The position numbers and the translations under genes are program-made. The notes beneath the pieces were generated by a model that was not told the origin of the DNA, ran no database searches, and saw only the letters and a list, made by a program, of their open reading frames with translations. From a virus, in the IMG/VR virus record IMGVR_UViG_3300043613_000002, positions 1 to 43,586 of that record: a DNA stretch of 43,586 nucleotides. One strand, written 5' to 3'. Below are positions 17,673 to 25,978 of the stretch, one piece after another (position 1 is the stretch's first letter; every line of letters begins with the position of its first letter).

Positions 17673-19294
17673 GCCAGTCCTATCGATTGAGGATTTCAAG
17701 GCCGGCGCTGAAGCTCAGAGTTGCATCGCGCATTCCGGCACGGCTGGAGGCGCTGAGCCCGATCCTTCTGGACCGCACGGGCGGGATTTATACATTCAGC
17801 TTTGACGAATCTGCTCTTGAGGCAACGCTTGGTTTCACTTACCAGCCGTTCGATCTCACGCTTACCGCGCTGGCTGCGCTCAATTCGACCGCAGGTCTTT
17901 TGGTCGAGACTGCGGCAGACACCTTCACCAAGCGAACACTTACCGGGACCGCCGCTGAAATCACCGTCACCAATGGCGATGGTGTGTCGGGCAATCCCAC
18001 ACTTTCACTGCCTGCGGCTATCACGGCTACCGGCAAGACCATCACGGGAGGGACATTCGACACCATAACCGCCAAGGGTACATGGGCGGTTAGCGGAACG
18101 TGGACCATTCCAGCCGTTACATTGGGCGGTACGGTCTCAGGCGGCGGCAACCAGATCAATAATGTCATCATCGGCACGACAACTCCGCTTGCCGGTACGT
18201 TTACTACGCTCGGAAGCGGTGCGCATACGATCACGTCCGCATCAGCCAACGCACTGACCGTTGGCCTCAACGGTGCAACTAACCCAGCGTTTATTGTAGA
18301 CAGTTCGACCGCTCTGCAAACTTCGGGTCTTAAAGTTACCGGACTTGGTACCGGTAACGGCACGAATCTCAGTATTATCGATACCGCCACCGATTCTCCT
18401 ATGGCGCTAAATGCCAAGGGAGCAGGCGGTATTTTAATAGCCAACGTCTCTACTGGTGGCATCACCTTATCGAGAGCGGTGACGCTAAGCTCCACCATCA
18501 ACAAATTGACGCTGACAGCTCCCGCGACCGCTTCAACGCTGACCATTCTTGACGGTAAGACCGCGACGTTCAATAACAGCATCACGTTCGCCGGCACCGA
18601 TGCCACGACGATGACGTTTCCGACGACGACCGCTACGATTGCGCGGACGGATGCGGCAAATACCTTCACGGGTCATCAGACAATTGAAGGCGTCACTTCG
18701 ACGGGCGCAACGGGAACCGGAAATTTTGTCTTCTCTATAAGTCCGACATTCACCGGAACTCCGATTGCGCCCACGGCGGCGGTTGATACCAATACGACTC
18801 AGATAGCAACAACGGCGATGGTGCTGGCACAGGCGGCATCCGCGACGCCTCTAGCGAATAACGTAACGGCTGCGGTCGGAACATCGACACGATACGCTCG
18901 CGGGGATCATGTCCACCCAATTCCTAACCTGGCAGCGATTAATAACAGTGTCGGCTCTCCGGTAAACCTGAGCAATGTCGCCTATGTTGATGGTCCCAGT
19001 GTGGCTCAAGGCAGCACAGGGACGTGGTTTGCCTCCGGCAATGTGTCTCTGACGGCAACGAGCGGCGATCAAATAACCGCCAAACTCTGGGATGGCACAA
19101 CTTTAATCGATAGTGGCGTGGTGCAGATCGCCAGCGGCGGCAGCGGCACCATTTCTTTGTCTGGTTATCTGGCAGCCCCAGCCGGGAATCTGCGGATAAG
19201 TGCTCAGAACAATACAGCCCTTCGCGGGACGATCGCCACCAATAACGGTGTCGATCAGAAGGGCTCCACCATCAGCGCATTCAGGATTGTTTAA
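17669..19294 (+). CDS. Tail fibre protein
   Basis: 541 aa, Thr/Gly/Ala-rich and repetitive. The N-terminal [51 protein letters not shown] is typical of alphaproteobacterial phage fibres as I recall them. Confidence 0.72.
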   Translation: MSQSYRLRISRPALKLRVASRIPARLEALSPILLDRTGGIYTFSFDESALEATLGFTYQPFDLTLTALAALNSTAGLLVETAADTFTKRTLTGTAAEITVTNGDGVSGNPTLSLPAAITATGKTITGGTFDTITAKGTWAVSGTWTIPAVTLGGTVSGGGNQINNVIIGTTTPLAGTFTTLGSGAHTITSASANALTVGLNGATNPAFIVDSSTALQTSGLKVTGLGTGNGTNLSIIDTATDSPMALNAKGAGGILIANVSTGGITLSRAVTLSSTINKLTLTAPATASTLTILDGKTATFNNSITFAGTDATTMTFPTTTATIARTDAANTFTGHQTIEGVTSTGATGTGNFVFSISPTFTGTPIAPTAAVDTNTTQIATTAMVLAQAASATPLANNVTAAVGTSTRYARGDHVHPIPNLAAINNSVGSPVNLSNVAYVDGPSVAQGSTGTWFASGNVSLTATSGDQITAKLWDGTTLIDSGVVQIASGGSGTISLSGYLAAPAGNLRISAQNNTALRGTIATNNGVDQKGSTISAFRIV

Positions 19295-20154
19295 TGCCAT
19301 ATAGTTTCAACGACGACGGTTCATTGACGGTCTCGGGTGCTGACCCAACCGCGGCCACCGATAGCGCCCCGGCCATTCAAGCTGCGATTGATTGGCTCAG
19401 TACCAACTACGGTGGCGGTAAGTTATGGCTGCCGCGCCCAGGCTCCTACAAAGTAAGCAGTACGCTCGTTCTCAAGGGTGGCGTTGAGCTGCTTGGTCAC
19501 AGCCGGGAATTAACATCGATAACAGTTGATCACGACATCGGGGTTTTGAATTTCGATGCAAGCTGCAGATACGCGGCTGTCCGCGATATCTTCCTGACCG
19601 GGTTTACAAGCGCTTCGTCCGGGTCAAATGCCGTGTCTGTTGCTGTTGGTGTCCCAGTCAATATATCGAGATGCAAAATCTGGGGTGGCAGTTCGGCCCT
19701 CTGGAACCGAGGCATCGACGGGACAATTGAGAATTGCTTCATATCCGGATGGGGTCTCGCGAGCATCCTGTCCAATGGGGCGAACTGGTACAAGCGAGTC
19801 AAGGCCGATACGTCAGGTCAGCCATGCCAGAATGGTTTCTATCAGGGAACGCCGCTTCCAGGTCTTGGGGTGATGGAAAACCACTTCGAACAGTGCGATT
19901 TCTCAGGGCAGTACACCAATAGCGTCTATATCGGAGATGGGGGCACGCAGACGGCTTATAGTGCGTTCAGCCTTTGTGTTTTCAGCGCGCCAATCAGGAT
20001 GATCGGTGCCAAACATACGGCATTTGATAATTGCGCGATCGGATCGCCCACGTTCCAGTTATCCTCGGGAACCTGCAATATCGTCGGCAGCTATGGCTAC
20101 TCGGCGATGAGCGTTCCTGGAGCTTCCAAGGCAGGCAACACTAATATTTCTTGA
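19294..20154 (+). CDS. Tailspike / depolymerase candidate with a pectate-lyase-like beta-helix
   Basis: APAIQAAIDWL..GGGKLWLPRPGSYKVSSTLVLKGGVELLG matches the N-terminal motif of the pectate_lyase_3-type fold. Confidence 0.7.
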   Translation: MPYSFNDDGSLTVSGADPTAATDSAPAIQAAIDWLSTNYGGGKLWLPRPGSYKVSSTLVLKGGVELLGHSRELTSITVDHDIGVLNFDASCRYAAVRDIFLTGFTSASSGSNAVSVAVGVPVNISRCKIWGGSSALWNRGIDGTIENCFISGWGLASILSNGANWYKRVKADTSGQPCQNGFYQGTPLPGLGVMENHFEQCDFSGQYTNSVYIGDGGTQTAYSAFSLCVFSAPIRMIGAKHTAFDNCAIGSPTFQLSSGTCNIVGSYGYSAMSVPGASKAGNTNIS

Positions 20155-20267
20155 GTTTGTACAACCACATACTCTCGGCCGTAATCGAGAGCAGCTTGTG
20201 CAGCCTCCTCCCTGGTCGCTACGTCGTTTCCAAGCATGAAGTCTCTGCGTTTGACGATGTTGAACAT
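20097..20267 (-). CDS. Possible small antisense-oriented ORF (56 aa)
   Basis: GGAGG lies 4 nt before the ATG at 20267. The ORF overlaps the tailspike 3' end by 58 nt. Weak case. Confidence 0.22.
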   Translation of the reverse strand: MFNIVKRRDFMLGNDVATREEAAQAALDYGREYVVVQTQEILVLPALEAPGTLIAE

Positions 20268-20376
20268 GGCGCCTCCTGAGCGCGCCCTTCTACACAATAC
20301 CTCAGTACCAGACAACCCATGATCGCAGGAATGCGGTGGGGAACTCGGTAATTGATTCAATTATAAGGAGAATTCA

Positions 20377-21153
20377 GTGACAGACCTGATCGCGCTCAAG
20401 TCAGCGAACGCGAAGCGCTGGGAACGCGCAAAGTTAACCCGTGGCCCTGAATTTATCCCCGTTGCCAAACGCTTAGTGGCAGCCAAGGAGCGCTATCAGA
20501 CTATTTCGCTCAAGACCGGAATTCCATGGCCATTCATCGCCGTGACCCACCAGCGCGAGTCCTCGCAGAACTGGAGTCGATCTCTGGCACAGGGTGACCC
20601 GTGGAACGATGTTTCAACGCACGTCCCGGCAGGGCGGGGACCATTTCGCTCCTGGGAAGACGCGGCCTTTGATGCCTTGGTAAATTGCTCACCAAAGGCT
20701 TCTAGGAACACGGACTGGAGCATCGGCGGGACACTCGCCTTGCTCGAGCAGTACAACGGGCTTGGCTACTCCAAGAGAGGTCTTCCGTCGCCCTACATCT
20801 GGTCCGGGACGGATCAATACGAGCGTGGGAAATACGTCGCTGACGGCGTATTCGATGCGGGCGCGGTCGATAAGCAGCTCGGATGTGCCGGCCTCATTCT
20901 CGCGATGAGAGACCTTGATCCGACCATCACGTTCGGAACGCCTGTCCAGGTGTTCGATGCGGAATGGTTGCAGGCATCTTTGAACAAGCTCGGCGCGCTG
21001 CCTCCGTTGGTCGTCGATGGCATCGCAGGCGCAGCCACGCGCATTGCAGTACGTGCGTTCCAAAAGAGTCATAATCTTACGGTCGATGGCCTCGCAGGGT
21101 CGCTTACGATCGCCGCCATCACCGAAGCGCTCAACAAAATGGAGACGAAATGA
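20377..21153 (+). CDS. Endolysin (catalytic N-domain plus C-terminal peptidoglycan-binding repeat)
   Basis: 258 aa. GTG start after AAGGAG. The C-terminus LNKLGALPPLVVDGIAGAATRIAVRAFQKSHNLTVDGLAG is PG_binding_1-like. Confidence 0.78.
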   Translation: MTDLIALKSANAKRWERAKLTRGPEFIPVAKRLVAAKERYQTISLKTGIPWPFIAVTHQRESSQNWSRSLAQGDPWNDVSTHVPAGRGPFRSWEDAAFDALVNCSPKASRNTDWSIGGTLALLEQYNGLGYSKRGLPSPYIWSGTDQYERGKYVADGVFDAGAVDKQLGCAGLILAMRDLDPTITFGTPVQVFDAEWLQASLNKLGALPPLVVDGIAGAATRIAVRAFQKSHNLTVDGLAGSLTIAAITEALNKMETK

Positions 21154-21611
21154 ACCTACCAACTACCCACCAACTCGCTGTAGTAGGTGCCCACGCCGCA
21201 TCCATTACGGCCGGCGCCATCGCAGCGCTGGGGTTTGCCCATGTGATCTCACCCGACGATATCACCAACGCCACTCAAGCCGTCAGTCAGATCGGGGACG
21301 GCCTTGGCAAGGTCATGGCGGGGCTGGGTACGCTGTTCGGAATTGCCACGGCAACCTATGCCTTCTTCACATCAGGCCCTCTGGCGAGCCTCTTTAGGGC
21401 ATCCAAGGCCATTGCGGCCGATCCTGCGCTTACAGCTCAGGTGCAGGCAGCTCCGCTTGTCCAGAAGGTGGACTTGGTGACAGTCACCGACAAGCTGCCA
21501 GAGGTGGCTGGCGTCGGAGCCACAAATACGCCGGCCGGCAGGGCGCTGGCAGATCTCGTGCCAAGCAACACAGTTCAGACCGTCACCACTCCAATCGCAA
21601 AGGCCGTCTAA
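21150..21611 (+). CDS. Membrane protein, holin candidate
   Basis: 153 aa with two hydrophobic segments. ATGA overlap with the endolysin. Confidence 0.5.
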   Translation: MNLPTTHQLAVVGAHAASITAGAIAALGFAHVISPDDITNATQAVSQIGDGLGKVMAGLGTLFGIATATYAFFTSGPLASLFRASKAIAADPALTAQVQAAPLVQKVDLVTVTDKLPEVAGVGATNTPAGRALADLVPSNTVQTVTTPIAKAV

Positions 21612-21612
21612 C

Positions 21613-22014
21613 ATGCGGAAGATATTTTTTGTTCTAGCGCTATCGGTATCTCTCGCCGGTTGCGCCACATTCGATGCAATCACCCAAGGGTTATCCCTTG
21701 CGACAAAGACCATATCCAATCCGGTCACCAAGACCGAAGAGGCACAGGTTGAACTCGCTTTGGATACCGCGGTACAGGCTCTCCTGGCCTACAAGCGGGC
21801 CTGCGGGCAAGGTTCTGCGGACGTGCACTGCAAGGCAAACGTCGCCCAGATCCAGGCCTATACCCGGCAGATCCCGCCGTTGGTGGCTCAGCTCCGGACC
21901 TTCGTTGACAACAACGACCAGATCAATGCGAGCGTGGTCTACAACCAGCTTACCGCCCTTTATACCAACATCAAAGCCTCGGCACTCAGCCTTGGCGTCA
22001 ACATCGGAGCTTGA
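21613..22014 (+). CDS. Lipoprotein (o-spanin-like candidate)
   Basis: N-terminus MRKIFFVLALSVSLAGC carries the lipobox LAGC. Confidence 0.62.
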   Translation: MRKIFFVLALSVSLAGCATFDAITQGLSLATKTISNPVTKTEEAQVELALDTAVQALLAYKRACGQGSADVHCKANVAQIQAYTRQIPPLVAQLRTFVDNNDQINASVVYNQLTALYTNIKASALSLGVNIGA

Positions 22015-22229
22015 TCATGGACCCGGTACTTATCTTTGAACTGATCGAGAAGGGTGTGACGTTGTTGCCGACGCTGATTGATGCAGGGGTCAATATCACC
22101 AAGCGCGTGCAACAGATTGCTGCACTGGCGAAGGGCGGCGCTGATGGCACGATTACGGAAGCTGATCTCGCCAAGATCCGTGCGGATTTCGATAAGGATC
22201 TCGCCGATTTCAACGAGCCTATGGCCTGA
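22011..22229 (+). CDS. Hypothetical protein
   Basis: 72 aa with ATGA coupling at both ends. Confidence 0.5.
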   Translation: MIMDPVLIFELIEKGVTLLPTLIDAGVNITKRVQQIAALAKGGADGTITEADLAKIRADFDKDLADFNEPMA

Positions 22230-22531
22230 TGACCAAGGAAACCGAATCGGATGAGCCGCTAGGAAACGGTGATAGCCACTGGCATGTCAGTCGAGGCATT
22301 CCAGTGGCATTCATGGTGTCGATGCTGATCTATGTCGTTTCGAACATAGCCATCGCCGCGTGGTTCGTATCTGCGATGACTTCTCGGGTCGAACAGGTAG
22401 AGCGCGTGCAGATGCAGACCGCGCCGCAGGGCGAGCGGTTGACCCGTGTGGAGGAAAAGCTGGTCGCGGTTCAAACCGGCATCACGGATATCAAGGCATT
22501 GCTCCAGGCGCCGGGCAAGGTCTCACGGTGA
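22229..22531 (+). CDS. Single-TM protein with a coiled-coil tail (i-spanin-like candidate)
   Basis: 100 aa. TM segment IPVAFMVSMLIYVVSNIAIAAWFVSAM followed by a helical region. Confidence 0.55.
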   Translation: MTKETESDEPLGNGDSHWHVSRGIPVAFMVSMLIYVVSNIAIAAWFVSAMTSRVEQVERVQMQTAPQGERLTRVEEKLVAVQTGITDIKALLQAPGKVSR

Positions 22532-23202
22532 TGCGATGGTTGGTTTTTCTTGCGCTGCTGATCTCCGGCCCGGCGCTGGCGCAAGAGAAGGCCATCGATC
22601 CGACCGAGAACGTCAAGTCGCTGCAAGCGTTCGGTGATAAGCGGCAGGATGATCTTCGTGCAGTGGAGGGCGCGATAAACGAATTACGATACTCGAACAT
22701 GAAGGAGATGATCTCTCTTCGTGCCGAGTATGAGGACAAGCTTAGAAACGCGGAGGCCAAGCGAATAGATGCGATCCGGCTCGTCGACAGCAACTCTATC
22801 TCTGTAGCTAACGAACGTGCTGTTGCTACGGCTACGGCGCTGGCAAAGACGGTGCAGGACAGCGCCCAGGTGTTGAGCGCACAGGCCACGAAGTCCGCCG
22901 ATGATCTTCGGCAACTGGTTTCAACGACCGCGGCAGAGAGCAATCGAAACCTGCAGCAGAAGTTCGAGGACATCACCAAGCGGATATCGGCACTGGAGCA
23001 GGCGGGCGCAGAGGGAATTGGTAAGCAGAAGTTCGCAGACCCAGCACAGATAGCGCTGATCGATGAGGTTCGGAAAATAAGTCGGGCACAAAGTGATTCC
23101 GCCGGAGTTGGTATAGGACGCGGTGAAATACTGGCAGGGCTTGCGATTGTACTCACGTTGTTGATCGCCGCGTTTGTCGCATTCAGACCGAAAGGAAGAT
23201 AG
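22531..23202 (+). CDS. Secreted coiled-coil protein with a C-terminal TM anchor
   Basis: An internal ATG at 22531 (TGATG with the upstream stop) gives MRWLVFLALLISGPALAQEK. Long coiled coil, then C-terminal ILAGLAIVLTLLIAAFVAF. Confidence 0.58.
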   Translation: MRWLVFLALLISGPALAQEKAIDPTENVKSLQAFGDKRQDDLRAVEGAINELRYSNMKEMISLRAEYEDKLRNAEAKRIDAIRLVDSNSISVANERAVATATALAKTVQDSAQVLSAQATKSADDLRQLVSTTAAESNRNLQQKFEDITKRISALEQAGAEGIGKQKFADPAQIALIDEVRKISRAQSDSAGVGIGRGEILAGLAIVLTLLIAAFVAFRPKGR

Positions 23203-23204
23203 CC

Positions 23205-23447
23205 ATGTCGTGCCTATCGCTGCCGTTTCTACAGGCCCTGATTATTCAGATCATCATAATCTGCGCGCTCGTAGCGGTCATTCAGTTGCTCGTACCGTGG
23301 CTGGTCAGCTTCACGGGGTGGCCGATTCTCGGGCAGATCATCATGATCATCCTGTGGGCGATCGTCGCGATCCTGATCGTCTACATCATCTTCGCGCTGC
23401 TTTCCTGCCTGCTGGGCTCTGGGGGTGGCCTGCACTTTCCCCGCTGA
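23205..23447 (+). CDS. Very hydrophobic membrane protein (80 aa; holin or antiholin-like)
   Basis: Two to three TM segments read from the sequence. Confidence 0.58.
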   Translation: MSCLSLPFLQALIIQIIIICALVAVIQLLVPWLVSFTGWPILGQIIMIILWAIVAILIVYIIFALLSCLLGSGGGLHFPR

Positions 23448-23480
23448 TGATCTGCCACCGATCGGAAGGACACCCAGCAT

Positions 23481-23609
23481 ATGCGACCGCTGCTAGCGCT
23501 TCCACCCGGCTATAAGCCCGTCCTGTTCTGGGGCTTTGTGCTGATCGTCTTGGGAATGATGGTCGTCGGCCTCATGTACGATCCGGGTCCAAATCCGGGG
23601 CCATGCTAA
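23481..23609 (+). CDS. Micro-ORF, single-TM peptide (42 aa)
   Basis: MRPLLALPPGYKPVLFWGFVLIVLGMMVVGLMYDPGPNPGPC. GGAAGGA lies about 10 nt upstream. TAATG overlap with the next gene. Confidence 0.35.
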   Translation: MRPLLALPPGYKPVLFWGFVLIVLGMMVVGLMYDPGPNPGPC

Positions 23610-23842
23610 TGGACTATTCCCAGCAGATGGCCGATCTGGCGAACGCGGCGCTGATCTGCGAGCGGCATGCGATCATCAAGCCAGTGAACGGGATTCAACC
23701 TGAGTACCCGCGCTGGCCGAACGCTTGGGTTCATGCGGGATGCGAGAAGGTTTGGCGCTGGTTCCTCGAATCCCAAACGATCACGCCGGACGACAAGGAT
23801 GATTATCAGGCAGTCGCGCGTGAGGCGCGGCGATTGCGCTAA
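23609..23842 (+). CDS. Hypothetical protein
   Basis: 77 aa from ATG 23609; the track start is 23603. Confidence 0.48.
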   Translation: MDYSQQMADLANAALICERHAIIKPVNGIQPEYPRWPNAWVHAGCEKVWRWFLESQTITPDDKDDYQAVAREARRLR

Positions 23843-23855
23843 TGAGGGATGCCCT

Positions 23856-24002
23856 ATGTACTGGAGATTGATGCGGCGAATTCGAATCTGGTTGGGCGTT
23901 CAGTGCGGGACATGCCATGCCGACCTGAGGCGAGTTAGAACTTGCGGCATTTGCGGCATTGCAATGACTTCCGGCAAACGGGCCGCACCACCACGTTCAT
24001 GA
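23856..24002 (+). CDS. Small CxxC..CxxC zinc-ribbon-like protein (48 aa)
   Basis: GAGGGA lies 6 nt before the ATG. Sequence contains CGTC...CGIC. Confidence 0.4.
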   Translation: MYWRLMRRIRIWLGVQCGTCHADLRRVRTCGICGIAMTSGKRAAPPRS

Positions 24003-24052
24003 CCTATCATCGCGTACATTTCCATCGCCACCAGTACCGTGAGGATATCGAG

Positions 24053-24364
24053 ATGCACGAAATCAAAATTGGCGACATTCACGTTCACCTACACGTTAAG
24101 CCAGATCATCAGGTCGTAGCCCTGCTTAACGCTGTCTTCCCACGGCTCGACCTATTGGAGAGTAACATGACCGCACAGACCGACAAGCTGATTGCCGACG
24201 TACAGGCACTGATCACTGAAGCCGTGAACGACATTACCGCGGCTATCGCCAAGGCCCAGAACACGTCGCCCGATCCGGCGATCGACGCCCTGGATGCTCA
24301 GGTCACAGCGACCACCCAGCAGCTCAAGGATGCGATTGCCACTCTTAATCCGCCGACCGCCTGA
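24053..24364 (+). CDS. Hypothetical protein, last gene of the late operon
   Basis: 103 aa from ATG 24053 (GAGGAT RBS). An alternative internal start at 24167 is preceded by GGAGAGTAAC, identical to the RBS of ORF 137. Confidence 0.48.
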   Translation: MHEIKIGDIHVHLHVKPDHQVVALLNAVFPRLDLLESNMTAQTDKLIADVQALITEAVNDITAAIAKAQNTSPDPAIDALDAQVTATTQQLKDAIATLNPPTA

Positions 24365-24403
24365 ACCCGTGCCGGACGGATTCCGGCTCCTCCCAGACTT
24401 CAG

Positions 24404-24432
24404 GCCGCTGGCAGAAATGCTGGCGGCTTTTT
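24404..24432 (+). terminator. Intrinsic terminator ending the late operon
   Basis: 9-bp stem (24404..24412 pairs with 24419..24427, two G-U pairs), loop agaaat, then T5 at 24428..24432. Confidence 0.55.
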
Positions 24433-24445
24433 GCCGTCACTGCTA

Positions 24446-24559
24446 TCAAGAACGCTGTAGGCGGTGTGCCAGCCAGAATCCAAATATGAAGGCAGCGACT
24501 GGCAACAAATACAATACCAACTTCATTTCAAAGGCCAAGTTATAAAAATCGCATGTCAT
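24446..24559 (-). CDS. Micro-ORF, hydrophobic peptide (37 aa)
   Basis: MTCDFYNLAFEMKLVLYLLPVAAFIFGFWLAHRLQRS. Preceded by the conserved leader motif. Confidence 0.35.
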   Translation of the reverse strand: MTCDFYNLAFEMKLVLYLLPVAAFIFGFWLAHRLQRS

Positions 24560-24560
24560 A

Positions 24561-24577
24561 TTTCGTTCCTCAGTCAC
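24561..24577 (-). promoter_or_regulatory. Conserved leader motif copy L1 (GTGACTGAGGAACGAAA on the - strand)
   Basis: One of four near-identical TGACYRAGGAACGARA elements lying 2-8 nt upstream of an ATG. Confidence 0.7.
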
Positions 24578-24595
24578 TGGGCCGCTGCGTACTTG

Positions 24596-24826
24596 TCATG
24601 ATGGTTGCGGAATAAGATGTTCGACAACGAGTCCGCCAAATCTGTCGGCTCTAACTCGATAGTGTAGCGGCTTGTATTCGTCCACCAGCGCCTCAACCCA
24701 GATTTCCACGTCGATCGGAACATGTATGCCGAGTATCGCGGGAACGGCTGCGGCTGCATCTCGATAGACTCCAGTCTCGACCTTCAAGTCTCGCGGTGGG
24801 CCGCCGTTCACCTTTATTTTAAACAT
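24596..24826 (-). CDS. Hypothetical protein (76 aa)
   Basis: ORF track entry. Leader motif L2 lies 6 nt upstream of the ATG. Confidence 0.55.
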   Translation of the reverse strand: MFKIKVNGGPPRDLKVETGVYRDAAAAVPAILGIHVPIDVEIWVEALVDEYKPLHYRVRADRFGGLVVEHLIPQPS

Positions 24827-24831
24827 GTTAT

Positions 24832-24847
24832 TCTCGTTCCTCGGTCA
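24832..24847 (-). promoter_or_regulatory. Conserved leader motif copy L2 (TGACCGAGGAACGAGA)
   Basis: Read directly. Confidence 0.7.
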
Positions 24848-24917
24848 TGCTATGGTCTGCTGCGTATTTGATTGTTGTAGCGGCCCTTGCAGGGTTAGTT
24901 TGGCTGGAAGACTATTT

Positions 24918-24969
24918 GTATAAACCAACTTGACCGATCCCGTTCTCACTCGCTCAGCGGCTAAGTTCG
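24918..24969 (+). repeat. 52-nt bipartite element, copy 1 (GTATAAACCAACTT-N27-GGCTAAGTTCG)
   Basis: Read directly. The stop codon TAG of gene 24961..25188 lies inside the 11-mer. Confidence 0.85.
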
Positions 24970-25188
24970 ATCTGCTTGAGAGCACGGTAGTGGCAGCAAT
25001 TCCGGATGGTCATCTTTAAGATGATCCCGGAGCATCGCCATATAGTTTGGGACGTGCAGCACTTCAATATTACCGGGCATCGTGGCGCTGTCGCGCTCTT
25101 GAAACCAACTATCCCTACCCGGACGAAGGTCTTGCCAGACTCGCCACCCAAGCGCTTTGGCTATCTCTAAATTTGCCTCGTTATCCAT
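24961..25188 (-). CDS. Hypothetical protein (75 aa)
   Basis: ORF track entry. The ATG is preceded by a T8G8 tract on the coding strand. Confidence 0.5.
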   Translation of the reverse strand: MDNEANLEIAKALGWRVWQDLRPGRDSWFQERDSATMPGNIEVLHVPNYMAMLRDHLKDDHPELLPLPCSQADRT

Positions 25189-25191
25189 GCA

Positions 25192-25207
25192 CCCCCCCCA
25201 AAAAAAA
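25192..25207. repeat. Homopolymer tract C8A8 (G8 then... read on the - strand as T8G8), ending 3 nt upstream of ATG 25188
   Basis: Read directly: acccccccca aaaaaaag. Confidence 0.9.
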
Positions 25208-25302
25208 GATCCAAATATCCCCGATCGGGGTATAAAGGAACAAGAATGTTGACCGTCTTTCTTCCACCGCGACGGTCAGGCGGGATCGCAACACCATTCT
25301 AA

Positions 25303-25497
25303 TCATCCATCCTTGATGGCAGGATTGAACGGCGCGGAAGCTTTATCCTCGTGATATCGGCAAAAATATTTTATGGTTTCGCTTCCATCAATTACCAGAC
25401 ATCTAACTGTAGATGTTTCTCTCGATTTGCATATTGTGCAGCGCGCCACTAACTTGAATTGAACAATCTCGTTCATGGTCTTTCGTTCCTCGGTCAT
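25303..25497 (-). CDS. Hypothetical Cys-rich small protein
   Basis: 64 aa from ATG 25497, which lies inside leader L3, or 57 aa from ATG 25476, which lies 4 nt after L3 and is more likely. Confidence 0.5.
   Translation of the reverse strand: MTEERKTMNEIVQFKLVARCTICKSRETSTVRCLVIDGSETIKYFCRYHEDKASAPFNPAIKDG
25481..25496 (-). promoter_or_regulatory. Conserved leader motif copy L3 (TGACCGAGGAACGAAA)
   Basis: Read directly. Confidence 0.7.
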
Positions 25498-25507
25498 GAC
25501 GGCTTAC

Positions 25508-25561
25508 AGAACTTAGCCTATCACGTTTCTGTTCTGCATTGCCGCTCAAGTTGTACTATCC
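25508..25561 (-). repeat. Bipartite element copy 2, inverted (GGATAGTACAACTT-N29-GGCTAAGTTCT on the - strand)
   Basis: Read directly. Lies upstream (in the sense direction) of gene 25303..25497. Confidence 0.85.
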
Positions 25562-25567
25562 CCCCTC

Positions 25568-25723
25568 CTATTGCGGAGGATTGGTGGTAGGCGCGGGCAG
25601 CGGTTTCTTGCAAATGCGCTCGAAATTCCAGCGCATGAATCGGTTAAATTCCTCGGGAGGCATGGCGGCTAATTTGGCGATCTTCTCGCGCGGCGTCTGT
25701 TCTTTATTTTCTGTATCGTCCAT
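25568..25723 (-). CDS. Small hypothetical protein (51 aa)
   Basis: AAGGAGG lies 6 nt upstream of the ATG. Sequence MDDTENKEQTPREKIAKLAAMPPEEFNRFMRWNFERICKK... Too short for the ORF track. Confidence 0.5.
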   Translation of the reverse strand: MDDTENKEQTPREKIAKLAAMPPEEFNRFMRWNFERICKKPLPAPTTNPPQ

Positions 25724-25759
25724 CTCAATCCTCCTTGCAGCTTTGGTGAGCGGTGGCGG

Positions 25760-25957
25760 TCAAGAGCGTGGCCCGATGTAGGCGTGCAAGGCTTCAATCA
25801 ATTTCAGCAAAACAACGCCTGCGATCGCGCCGGCTTCAAATTCCGTGATTAGTGGTCGCGTGCCGTCAACGGCGTTAAAAATTGGAAAGCAGATAAGGGC
25901 GCTCATCCCAAGACCAAGAGCCTCAGCAAGTTTAAGCTTGGCAATAGTCATTGTCAT
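25760..25957 (-). CDS. Small hydrophobic protein (65 aa)
   Basis: ORF track entry. Leader motif L4 lies upstream. Confidence 0.5.
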   Translation of the reverse strand: MTMTIAKLKLAEALGLGMSALICFPIFNAVDGTRPLITEFEAGAIAGVVLLKLIEALHAYIGPRS

Positions 25958-25962
25958 CTTCC

Positions 25963-25978
25963 TTTCGTTCCTTGGTCA
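25963..25978 (-). promoter_or_regulatory. Conserved leader motif copy L4 (TGACCAAGGAACGAAA)
   Basis: Read directly. Confidence 0.7.

Noticed and set aside
25539-25781. 80-aa + strand track ORF.
   Set aside because: It lies opposite the - strand 51-aa ORF 25568..25723, which has a strong AAGGAGG RBS and a sensible sequence. The + frame is Gly/Ser-rich with no RBS, in a region otherwise coded on the - strand.
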